Shown piece by piece: positions 31,001 to 39,800 of a stretch of 64,000 bases of DNA. The first letter of the stretch is position 1; the number at the start of each line of letters is the position of its first letter. Position numbers and translations under genes: made by a program. This DNA is from a virus: IMG/VR virus record IMGVR_UViG_3300042691_007361, positions 32,001-96,000 of that record. One strand, written 5' to 3'. The notes under the pieces are model-generated. The model made no database searches. It worked only from the letters and a program-made list of their open reading frames with translations, and was not told where the DNA came from.

Positions 31001-34000
31001 TCAAAGTTATGTATCCAGGAGTTGTACGTATATGATTTTACAATAGCAGCTTTTTGCTCAACCTCATTAAGGTCATTAGGTCCAAGCTTATCAAATAGAG
31101 ATTGATCAATATACTCTTGTACACCAAGGAAAGATAAGTTATCTGCAGTTTGTTCACCAAAGTAATTAATCATATCATTAATTACCTTTTGTTTTAGACC
31201 TGTTCTATCAGTTCTTAAGAAGTCTTCAAGTGTACCTCCGCTTTCTTTGATAGCATTCATTACTTCTTCTGAAAGTAATTCTTTTTTAGTATCTTCAGAA
31301 AGTACATTATCAAATGATGTTAGTACCTCACCGGCATATATCTTTTCACCATTCTCTCCTCTAGCAACTACTTTGTTATATCCACCATATTTCAGAAACT
31401 CATCCTTATTATCTTTGAATTTCATTATACGTTCATACTCAGCACCTAGATAAGGAATTAGTATGTTATTGATAGCATAGATATCTCCACCACCGTTGGG
31501 TGTAAACATTGACATGTCTACATAAAGATTTTTGTCTTCTCCTTTACCTGGATAAGATACAACACCACCATCTACTTTTACTCCAAATGATGATTTCTTA
31601 GATGCATGGCGGATGAATTCCTGTATACCACCTTTTAACATAAGGTGCATCTCTTGTAGGAACTTACTATAGATATCTAATGATGTTGTGGTAGTACCAA
31701 TATCTTCATTGGCAATCTGAGTACCAGCATCAATAAATAGTTTTAAAGAGCGCCCCTTGATTTTATCACCGTTTCCTTCAGTAGAGAAGATACTATTGAG
31801 GATCTGAGATCTATTGTTATTTACAAATGAGTTAATCTTAGGATTAAGATAAGACATGTATTTAAACGGATTCTCTGCTGCTGTAGGATTAGAGTAAAGC
31901 TCTTTGATATTGTTTACTCTGTTTATAGCATCAACCTGACGGCTGATAGAGTGATCATCAATAAATTCATTAACAAGATTCTTCTCCGGGTTGAGCACAG
32001 AAAAATTAGATCCCTCCAAACCATATCTCATCTGAAGTTCTGCTAATCTCTTTACAATATTTTTTTGGTATACCTCTTTTACTTTCAAACCTGGAAGAAT
32101 AGTGCCAGGTATTTTAGCTTGGAAAGTAGTAAGTGGATTAACTACAAAGTCACCAAGAACAGATATTGCTGCTTGACTAGCTGTAGTTCCTTTAGCTTGG
32201 ATATTAGCTAAGTCTTTTACAATAGTGTATAGATACTGTAAACCATAGTAGTCTACATTATCCTTAAGTCTATCCTTTATAACTTTAAGATCATCAAAGA
32301 TAAAACCAATAGCTCTGGCAAATTCAAATGATTTATTTACATCTAATTCATTTGGTCTTCTCTTATCTGCAAAGTCAGATACAAGTTTGCTTAAATCATT
32401 TAGAGTAGTTACATTTTCTACTTTAGTGATGTATGGATTATCTCTTTCTGATTGAGCTTTGAACTCCGCCTGAAACTTCCTAATAACATTACTTGCATCA
32501 ATTGATGCATCAGTCACCTCAACACTTACTTTATCTACTGTAAGTTTACCTGTCATATAATCATATGATTTATCCAGGTATCCAGTTAACTGCATATAAG
32601 GCACTCTCGGTCTTGAGAATGTCTGCCATATAGATGCAAGTACATCAAACTCTGCACTCCTCTCAATCCTTTGTGGATTAGGAAGTTTACTGTAAACAAG
32701 TTGCTGTAACTCTGGTGAGTATGTTTGAGCTGCTTTCTCTAGCTTCTCATACATCAGGTTAATATCTTTAACTCCACCAATCTCTCTAGTGATAATCTTC
32801 CATATCTTGGAGAAGTCTGCTAACTGATTAAAGCCTAGCTTGTTAGGTACAACTTCTCCTTTTTCTTTTTTGAATAGACTCTTGATTACATAGATAGCTT
32901 CTTTTTGAGCAAGTTGTTCTAATGACTTCTTACCTACTTCACCTGTTTTTACAATTGAATCAGATGATCCTTCAGCACTAGTTTCATCAACTGGTTCTCC
33001 GTCTGCATCTTTTTCTTCATATGACTCTTCTGTATAATCCTCACGGATAATGTCAAAGCGGCTATTCTCCTTATGGTATTTAACTACACCTTTCTTATCA
33101 TCACCCCAGTTATCTAATGTAACTTGTAAAAGTCTGATTTTATCAAGAAGTTCTTCTTGTTCAAACGTCAATGGTTTGTACTGAGGTCCTTCTTTTATAA
33201 TAAGATCTGTTATACTAGTTGCACCACCGCGCTTGTAATTATCAAATTGTACTTGTGCATCTCTAAGATCTTTAACAATAATGATATCAGCTTGATCATT
33301 ATCCTCAGACTTAATAGTTTTATGAGAATAGAAATCAGCTACTATATCTATACCATAGTAGGATTGACCTTTAATTCTTTCTCCTCCTTTAGTATCTGGA
33401 TTAAGATTTTCAAAATTGTCAATTTGATTTGCAAGGAACACGTACTTGTTGTCTCCTTTTTTGCTTTTAAATATGGCTGCTGCATTGCTTTCTAATTCAC
33501 CTATGGTTTCTAATGCACTAAAAGGAGTTAAGGTAATACTACCTAATTCATCTTGGAACTCCTTAAGTTTATCTTGGAATATCTCTTTTACTGACTCATA
33601 TGCTACTGCACGGTTTTCAGGGTCAGTAAGCAATTTAATTGTAGAAGACTTTTTACCAAAGCCCTCATTAAGAGAATCCACAAGTCCAGAGATAACTGAA
33701 TCAATTGACTCATTGATTAGTATTGAATCTTGTCTACTTAGAGCATCTTCTCCTCTAGCATCAACTCTTTCAATACCACGGTTTAACATATCCCACATAA
33801 CATTATCAATGCTAGGTGAATATGTATTCATAAATATTTTACTTGCTTTTTTACTTGACCCAGCAAAGTATAGCTTATTGAATAACTCAGAAGCAGTTGC
33901 AGGATAGTCTTGATTAGCTACTGAAGCTTTGTCTACAACAACTTGTGCTGAACCTACTTTACCAAACAGAGCCTTAAGGAAGTCAAGTATCTTTCTAAAG

Positions 34001-36858
34001 ATAGATTTCTTAACAGGAGTATCTTTCATTTCCTGTTTTGGATTCTTAGCAAAAGATCTAAAGTCTTCAGCTAGCATCTCTTCTATCTCTAGGTATGATT
34101 TATTAAGATAAGGCTTATTACCTTTCTTATCAGTATAGTTTCTTACCTCATTGTATAGGCTAGTCTTCTGATCATTGGTTAGATAAAGCTGAGAGAATGC
34201 ATGCCATGCTTCATGGTATACATCAACCATTGTTCCTTTGTTGATTTGAATCTTACCAAGTGTATCACCAGATAACAATGTCTGACCTGATACTACAAAG
34301 CGCGCATATACATCTGAGTTAACTAGGTTAGCTGCGTGATCAATACCAATCAATCCTTTAAGTGGATTGAACTTACTATTCCACCAATTATTAGCTTCTT
34401 CTACCTGAGCTTTTGTAGCATCATTAGGTAAGTAACCTGCACGGTCAAGACCTTTCCAGTTCTTATTTAAAAGATTAGCTGTATTAGTATTCTTGTTTGT
34501 TGGCGTAACTGGATTTTGATTTTGCTCAATATCTTCAATAACAGGAGATACAGGTGTCTTATCTTCATCAGTTGGAACTTCAATCTCTAGTTCTTCAGCC
34601 TCTTCTGGTACTGCTGGTTGACTATATTCACTTACATCTTTCTCAGCAATAACACCAATATAATCTCCTGTAGATCCATCTTTGTTTACTTTAAAGATTT
34701 CAACTACATCCTTATATGTTACACCGTCTGCAACTAATTCATCTCTAACCTTGAGTCTAACAGCTTCACCTTCTGTAGGGAAGTTTGTGTCTTTGTAACT
34801 CTTATCACCTTTAGTAATAATAAGAGTCTTGTTAGGATAGTATGCTTTTGCTTCTGCATCTGCACCTGGTACATCTACTTGGTAGTTAGCATAGAACTTA
34901 CCCATATAGAAACCTGACTTAGGTGACTTTGCTGTAGCATCTAATTCTCCTGCTTCTTTTACTAAATCAACAATCTGATCTTTAAGCTTCTTAGTTTCAG
35001 TTCTGTTATCTTGAGATACTTTGTCTTTAGCCTGTTGGATAATTGTATTAGTTTTATTCGGTGCTGCAAAGAAGATATAACTATTAACAGAGTCCTTGTT
35101 TACATCTCTAAGGTTAATTGTTGCAGGAAGAGTTTTTAAATAATCAATATAATTTCCAAATGTAAGTCTCTTTGTATCAGCATTATACACAAAGTAACGT
35201 TCATTCTTTAAAAGATCACTGTTAAATGTCATCTTTGAAGGAAACATTTTATCCTTTCTGCCTTTACCAGACATTAACACATCATAGATCTTCTTTTCAT
35301 ATGATGCTAACTGATCATCAGAAAGTGCTTCTACAACTACTTGAGAAAGATCAATTGTATTATCTAGAAACTTACGTGATTGATTTTGTTGGAAAGTCTC
35401 ATTAGAATAATTAAAGTAGAACTCCTGATTAGGAATATTTGTAGAAGTGCTATGTCTTCTTGCTCTATAGTCAATCTTGTTATTAAAGAACTGATAATAG
35501 AAATCTGTTCTTACTTTGAATGGTAAGTTTCTATCTGTTAATACTTTAGATACTTGTTTTGCTACATCATCAGTAGTATCTGGTCTATCTATTACAACTT
35601 CAGTACCGTTAATAGTAATTGTAGCATATCCTTTCTTGAATCCTGCTCTATCTTTCTGTACTGTCTTGATGCTTTTAAATACTTGCTTATCAATGTCAGC
35701 CTTCTTAGAAAGGTCAGAAAGAAGAATTGTTTTTCCTACTAGACCCTCAAGAACACCTGGGCTTATACCAGATATAGGTAATGTTATCTCTTCTTTATTG
35801 TTTAGGACTCTTTCTTTGATATTATATAGAAGAGCCATTTCATTTTGTTGCTCTTGTGCTATACTATTAATTACTGCTGGATCATTTGTTTTATACAATG
35901 ACATTGCAATTTCTGCAGGAGAAAGAACAGACTGATATCCATAGATATTGGATACACTGTACTTACCATTCTCTAATCTTGTATCTCTTAAAAACTGATA
36001 TACAAGTTTACCTCCATCAGCTTTAGTACTTATATCTCCATTTTCTGAGAAGTAGACAAACTTACCATCTCCATCAGTCATCACTAATAGTACTTGCTCA
36101 TCTGCAGGTGTTACACCCTCAGCAGTTTTAGCAGTCTTCTTAATTGACTTTGACCGGATGATGATATTTTTAGTATAGTTATCTAGCTCATCTTGATTAA
36201 TAGATGTAAGCTGAACAGCTTTAAGCTTTAAAGTTGTACCTTGGTATACTAAACTATCTGCTGCAGAATCAACACCATCAGTCTCAGTCTGAATCTTATT
36301 CAGAGTATTATAGATAGTTCTTTTAGACTCATCAAGAGTTTCAATAAACATATCTACTCTAGTAGGGTCAGCTGCAATTAGTTCTTGGGATGTACCACTT
36401 AGTGACGTATATGGTCTAAAGCGCTCAGAAGGATAGTAAAAAGTACCCTCTGGGTCCATCTCTTCAGTATTACCTGCTTCACCCTTTAATGTATTTACAT
36501 AAGCTCTAAGAAACTTTTTTGATGTTTCCTTATATGTATTGATTACATTATTGATACCGTTGTCAACATCTAAGTATGAACGCCCTAGCTCAGCTAGAGA
36601 GTTTAAATCTAACTTTGTAAAGCTTGGGTTCTGAATAAAGTCTGTGTTGTACAGATCAATAATCATACGTGGTACATGCTGAATTAATTTAGCAGCAGTT
36701 TCAGGAGTTGAAGCTTGAGCTTTATTACCATATACATAAGCCATATAGTCTGCAGGAGAAAACGGTTCAGCTCCCTCCTTTAATGAATCAGACATATGTT
36801 TGTATATACTCTTATATAATTTTTCTACTGTTGTACTAGATAAGGCACAATTGATCAT
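25051..36858 (-). CDS. Giant virion RNA polymerase (double-psi beta-barrel, crAss-type) fused to zincin, RNase H and ASCH-like domains (3935 aa)
   Basis: Catalytic AGSDFDVDK (DFDVD at 29275-29289) preceded by RIPIQ, plus EADGAG and HKF. HEAWH at 34201-34215. RNase H motifs at ~25685-26163 and an ASCH-like domain at ~25282-25630. Confidence 0.9.
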   Translation of the reverse strand: MINCALSSTTVEKLYKSIYKHMSDSLKEGAEPFSPADYMAYVYGNKAQASTPETAAKLIQHVPRMIIDLYNTDFIQNPSFTKLDLNSLAELGRSYLDVDNGINNVINTYKETSKKFLRAYVNTLKGEAGNTEEMDPEGTFYYPSERFRPYTSLSGTSQELIAADPTRVDMFIETLDESKRTIYNTLNKIQTETDGVDSAADSLVYQGTTLKLKAVQLTSINQDELDNYTKNIIIRSKSIKKTAKTAEGVTPADEQVLLVMTDGDGKFVYFSENGDISTKADGGKLVYQFLRDTRLENGKYSVSNIYGYQSVLSPAEIAMSLYKTNDPAVINSIAQEQQNEMALLYNIKERVLNNKEEITLPISGISPGVLEGLVGKTILLSDLSKKADIDKQVFKSIKTVQKDRAGFKKGYATITINGTEVVIDRPDTTDDVAKQVSKVLTDRNLPFKVRTDFYYQFFNNKIDYRARRHSTSTNIPNQEFYFNYSNETFQQNQSRKFLDNTIDLSQVVVEALSDDQLASYEKKIYDVLMSGKGRKDKMFPSKMTFNSDLLKNERYFVYNADTKRLTFGNYIDYLKTLPATINLRDVNKDSVNSYIFFAAPNKTNTIIQQAKDKVSQDNRTETKKLKDQIVDLVKEAGELDATAKSPKSGFYMGKFYANYQVDVPGADAEAKAYYPNKTLIITKGDKSYKDTNFPTEGEAVRLKVRDELVADGVTYKDVVEIFKVNKDGSTGDYIGVIAEKDVSEYSQPAVPEEAEELEIEVPTDEDKTPVSPVIEDIEQNQNPVTPTNKNTNTANLLNKNWKGLDRAGYLPNDATKAQVEEANNWWNSKFNPLKGLIGIDHAANLVNSDVYARFVVSGQTLLSGDTLGKIQINKGTMVDVYHEAWHAFSQLYLTNDQKTSLYNEVRNYTDKKGNKPYLNKSYLEIEEMLAEDFRSFAKNPKQEMKDTPVKKSIFRKILDFLKALFGKVGSAQVVVDKASVANQDYPATASELFNKLYFAGSSKKASKIFMNTYSPSIDNVMWDMLNRGIERVDARGEDALSRQDSILINESIDSVISGLVDSLNEGFGKKSSTIKLLTDPENRAVAYESVKEIFQDKLKEFQDELGSITLTPFSALETIGELESNAAAIFKSKKGDNKYVFLANQIDNFENLNPDTKGGERIKGQSYYGIDIVADFYSHKTIKSEDNDQADIIIVKDLRDAQVQFDNYKRGGATSITDLIIKEGPQYKPLTFEQEELLDKIRLLQVTLDNWGDDKKGVVKYHKENSRFDIIREDYTEESYEEKDADGEPVDETSAEGSSDSIVKTGEVGKKSLEQLAQKEAIYVIKSLFKKEKGEVVPNKLGFNQLADFSKIWKIITREIGGVKDINLMYEKLEKAAQTYSPELQQLVYSKLPNPQRIERSAEFDVLASIWQTFSRPRVPYMQLTGYLDKSYDYMTGKLTVDKVSVEVTDASIDASNVIRKFQAEFKAQSERDNPYITKVENVTTLNDLSKLVSDFADKRRPNELDVNKSFEFARAIGFIFDDLKVIKDRLKDNVDYYGLQYLYTIVKDLANIQAKGTTASQAAISVLGDFVVNPLTTFQAKIPGTILPGLKVKEVYQKNIVKRLAELQMRYGLEGSNFSVLNPEKNLVNEFIDDHSISRQVDAINRVNNIKELYSNPTAAENPFKYMSYLNPKINSFVNNNRSQILNSIFSTEGNGDKIKGRSLKLFIDAGTQIANEDIGTTTTSLDIYSKFLQEMHLMLKGGIQEFIRHASKKSSFGVKVDGGVVSYPGKGEDKNLYVDMSMFTPNGGGDIYAINNILIPYLGAEYERIMKFKDNKDEFLKYGGYNKVVARGENGEKIYAGEVLTSFDNVLSEDTKKELLSEEVMNAIKESGGTLEDFLRTDRTGLKQKVINDMINYFGEQTADNLSFLGVQEYIDQSLFDKLGPNDLNEVEQKAAIVKSYTYNSWIHNFETINLFYGDMAQYNHLKEEMHKRNTGSTSGGPKFLTDVMAQDFINNIWNKDRVDDDGNIIERVTYASKVAAEEKNDDYNKFHYDGTFNTAVVKDVERPSVYLKDIEAGLRAEYKLNGKSEAQINDLLEKELKPYKEMNEADGAGVIGIDAYRTLKKLENAWSNKQEELYKKIINKVPIKASDVVNYFPVYKLQNFGPLANTDLPLTSFHKFALMPLIPSEIAGSQLEHLHKEMMRNNIQYLTYESGSKVGNVTSNGKADVIFADDTQKELKKELTLTPNTIYLEYLKSVTNINAKYKTIVTFPTQLRGLILDGLFDKGAITKPEFDKLATKYDDVVAQYTNLLKLEILEEIGYEQKNGKYIGNIKNFLELIQKELGKRDIPDHLLRSIGVDFNGNIKTDLSLHLEADTIERMLLSVLTKRLIRQKVKGEALVQVPSTMYNGLWDQTVQFDKASEKDKKKYLGSNNLPSYHPGKDGTNAMKIAIALQGDFVNLLKLQYKGEEIGNISRLNEAIKDDEWLDTGNNRKAITLAGARIPIQNLNSMEFGEVWHFLDPAAGNKVVVPTEIVAKAGSDFDVDKIFWMMPHINTQGEYATGAISNEELKQKIDDLKKIKPKPGMKKPSPKALIQKQKKALENELIQATKDILATPGNFASLVRPNETHLVKGTADEFEPYVIEYNRYKNMHGEEQRMGPADDSGKRKKAISPTRILEVGYNLHKHDVNMVGKDTLGIEALQNKKHPIFKSIGAKMPKTYKESFFDENSGKYVDGERDYETRLLLPHAEIDGHISLSNNVNVAGTRIADVYSHIMNGLLDVEKDPWAFFIQANLETISILNYLLEAGVPEKTAIAFVSQPTIREYGSNQKLLKSTFSTLATKEIPQATFTKFKAANRIEKRIPYQRRALYLKQINENAYSRAIAKVGDNDTISVVLDGDNAPQVTLVKNLKTAIQKGITTPAKVVSIYRGAEVSKKNLLYKRFGSLVTNDTAYDAAVLATSEPGILNDKGYFDEETLIASIKDPKNPKYKAIQDAAFLHFLEIEKQIKGLEAVKRQSNPDTKLLKTIQQVRKREQAFLDSTETSKVDPELPEAIRNKSILRSFYQGDLALDLVEPVMPLRLNKEVSDFITSKLGGNKTEISRKFGQGMDGEERFTSEFNNAVINYIFQNYMSNFVDSKGNISELPDYYRGSQIVIKPGVQNGVEYKDGVIYVDRGQLNRDFTDKKYLKTSDSNDSFTKRGLTSFKVSDDPFRSQASFNRYVVEREYLRSIYTEGESYTPAFEKFLAQRALLNTFNRDAIVGTDEFSYTNLVMNTIREFSQLKDRYPILGQISVLPYKGKEKIVQLNDRNILKGELGDVYFQNLRELADVNVRKVSSEADNKRLSDVFRIFSLMMIHQHGVGYTKYGFNKALDDTMYLEVMRSAAGTFMQNNLNPASLSKVYNNLMSDSQFKNYVVEPKVFNSNQVTAFPLEETISTRTAIDNLVNELGENEFNQMVKDLNPDLTIIDVPENVDLQKLYSDDYDDYVDVTYQSLNIILDRLATAGVNVDKLSNLFHDFSTDQPVNISEFSLWVDNNIKAPEVEESPEILEKDMGDNQQLSLFEEEKVEAKENKTAKMSTVQEPIRVYSDGSDIKGTGNIGFGAVYKYQDKEFGLSGTQEGEAVKDLQAKFPNAKFSNPTMEMLALSTVLETFQDTGEHLFIHQDYNGAVNYNGLWQHSEGSLQRADKPWKSKEPYIQYLIDKAVAAIAKIEANGGSVKITWVKGHSGEEMNDLADKYAKSRKNFNEFLKPMSNQLTQPLSFKGKMSFSYGDNKRPGVTADSTIAAVALGERTATTRYSDQKGFDYWKKAKTGDIIEWVSDNGDSLKVKVTKPLHKLVGSGKTASQWSQLEGWSTDYFNKVVRPKLDKAWQIEFEYIPDTYKNAINTAQESGFDFSAISVGNYSMLDDFYNTLTAEQQQKLGNLDDVIESYFEMYADTMSEEQYIEHLKNCKL

Positions 36859-36869
36859 AATAAAATGTT

Positions 36870-39800
36870 TTAACAGTCAGAGGTTACGTCTTCAAATAGT
36901 TCAGTATCTACAGCATCAGTAAGTTGTTTGTCTGCTTCTTTCTTAAGAGCATCTTTTCTATCTGAACTTTTAAGTAGATTGTTGATGTTTTCAAATGATT
37001 CTTCCATAAAGTCTTTTTCATCTTTTGTCAATGGAGCTCCCTCATCTTCTGAACCTTCTGTTTTCATAACCTCTTGTTTTAATATAAACATTTTATTTAA
37101 CTCTGCAAAGTTAAATGTGACTGGGACTGATGGTACTGTTGTAGTATTTACATCAGCAAACTGAGCAACCTTATCAATAGATTTAATGGATACAATGTCA
37201 CCCTCTGCTATAGCAAGCTTGTTATTAACAAATATAGGATTAATTGCGACAAGTTGGTCACCTACTTTGACATTCTCAGGTGTAAGTTTTACTGCTACTC
37301 CACTATCTAATTGCCTCTGTCTTTCATTGATAAGTTCCTGTACTGCCGTTACACTTTCTACAGAGATATTATTCTTAGCAATAGCCTGTGCAAAGTCAGA
37401 CTTGAATAGGTCTAATACTTCTTGTGTAGCCTCAGCAATAGGTTTTCTTAATGTATCAATGTCCAGATCAATAACTGGTTCTTCTTGTGGTACCTGTATG
37501 TCACTATCTTCTGCCGGAATGTTACCTCCAGTAAAGTCTTCATTTTGAGCAGGTCCTGTCTCTTCAGTTTCTGGCGCAGCTTTAATCTTTCTTGGAATAA
37601 CAGAGTCAATTTTTTCCTGGATATCAGGTGTTATCTCAAGTGGTATTCTGTATTTACCATCCTCTAATGCACCTTTAGCAGTTGGTTTACCTGCTCTAGT
37701 TATTCTACCTGTGTTAGCCTCATAGTCTATTTGAATCGGTAATAGACTGACCTTAGCTTGTTTATCAGTAAGATTGTAAAGAAGATTAGCATATGCTGTT
37801 TGTTGTAATGTATAGATTTCTTTTTTGGAAGATTGATTACCTTCTACATTGAATCCTCTCCATTTAACTTCTTTACCAGTCTTAGTATCAATGATGTACA
37901 CATTACCAAGTCTATCTACAGCAAGTAAGTCAACTTCACCAGCTACTCCTGCCTCTTCATCATAAAGAACAAGACCTCTTTCTGTACCATCATTGAGTAC
38001 AACTCTTGATAATACATAAAGACCTTCTTCATCTACTAGTCTTTTTATGTTTCTGAGGTAGCCAAGGCTCTCTGGGTCTTCATTAAATAAAGCATCATAT
38101 GCTTCTCTAGTAATTTTAGTATCATCAAACTTAGGCTCTTTGTCAGCAAACAAGTCACGGACTTGATCATCAATATAGTTACCTGAGATTCTAGATTCTT
38201 CATAAGTCTTCTCAGCAATTGTATTCATGACCTTATTAATTAGGTCTTCATTTGATGCAGACGGAGCTTCACTCAACATAGTATTGAGCTCATTCTGTAA
38301 CTCATTGTATGTAAAGTCACTAAATCCAGGAAGCTTCTGCTTTCTCAATTCAGTGATGAAGTTACTTATTGATGACTCATTAAATCCTTGCTCAGCTATT
38401 GTAGTATTGAAAGTAGCTTTAACATCACCTTCAGCTTGATACTTATATTCTTCTGTCTCAAACTTTCTAATGACTTGAGTTACTCTCTGCATTATCTGGT
38501 TGTTAATCAAATAACCACCTTTACCTTTAGTGATATCATTTTGGAAATCAATAATAGGTTGTATTAAATCAATAGTTTTTCTTTGGGCTTCACTGAATCC
38601 CTCTCTTACTTTACCAGATAGATAATCATTTATCTTTCTAATACTATATGCAAGTCTTGCGGATCTTTGTTTTATATCAGGAGTTTGTTCTTCTTTAGCA
38701 AGAGAATCTAATTCAGTCTGATATGTTTTAAGTATTGATCTTAACTGAGCTTCAGGTATCTCATTGATCTTCATTGTTTTATCACCAACTTTGATCATCG
38801 GTACCTCTGGTTCTCTAACCATTGCTTTACCAAGCTCCTGTTCTTTATTATAATCATCAACTAATCTAGCTGCAACAAAACTACTTTTTAAGAATGAGTC
38901 TAATGCCATATCAAAATCATCTCCTGATAAATCAGTAAGACCATTTTCATCAGCATATTCTTCAAAAGCAAGAACTATTCTATTATACAAATCTGGTGGA
39001 AACTCATCCATATCCATATCTGTTGTATAGATAACCCTTTCTTTTACCTCACCTGGATTCTCTACACCTTTTTCAGCAGCTGATTGAAGTATGTCTGCTT
39101 TCTTTTCTGCAAACTCATCCATGATTTCTTTAACAGCATCTGGATCCGGTTCAGTAACCATAACAAACTTAGTTGCTTCTGCAAAAGAATCAGATGTGCC
39201 AAGTTCTTTTAATGATTCTGGTGTAACTTCTTCACCATCTTTATCATTGAATCTTAATACCTCACCGTCTTTGTAGAAAGTAAGTGGTGTGCCATCTTTA
39301 CCAACTACATCTACATACTCTTTGTCTCCAAGTTGCTCAGAGATATTTTTAGATTTGATTGTCTCCTTGCCTTTAAAGTCAAGTGACCCTTGGTCTTCCC
39401 TCTTCTCATTCTTAGGTAATACATCTATTCTAGCTTGCATTTCAGCATCAAGCTTGTCAAGATCTTCTCTTACTGACTCTTCAACAATCTCCATTTCATT
39501 CTTAACTGTCTGAAGATTATTCAGCATCAAGAATGGTCTGATGATCTCATCATACATTGGGTGAGACTTACGGATAACTACTTTATGAACATCATCATAG
39601 ATCTCATCTGGTAGTATCTTCATTTCTCTCCATCTTTCAAAGTCATCTAGACTAATGTAAAGACCTTGGCTAGCTAAGTGATTAAGTAAGTCATTACCTT
39701 CTTTCTTCTGGAACTCTTGCTCTTTAAGATTCTCATAGTATTCTCTACGGTTATCATAAAGCTCTTTCATCCAAACTTTGTTGCGCTTAACATGCTCTAC

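Noticed and set aside
25051-36858. N4-type (T7-like) single-subunit virion RNAP
   Set aside because: The size is similar, but the DFDVD motif with upstream RIP indicates the double-psi beta-barrel class.
25043-36875. Terminal cysteines as split-intein or lipoprotein signals
   Set aside because: No Hint-domain motifs, the Cys are at positions 3-4 without a signal peptide or lipobox, and the C-terminal ones lack a preceding HN. A disulfide or metal link fits better.
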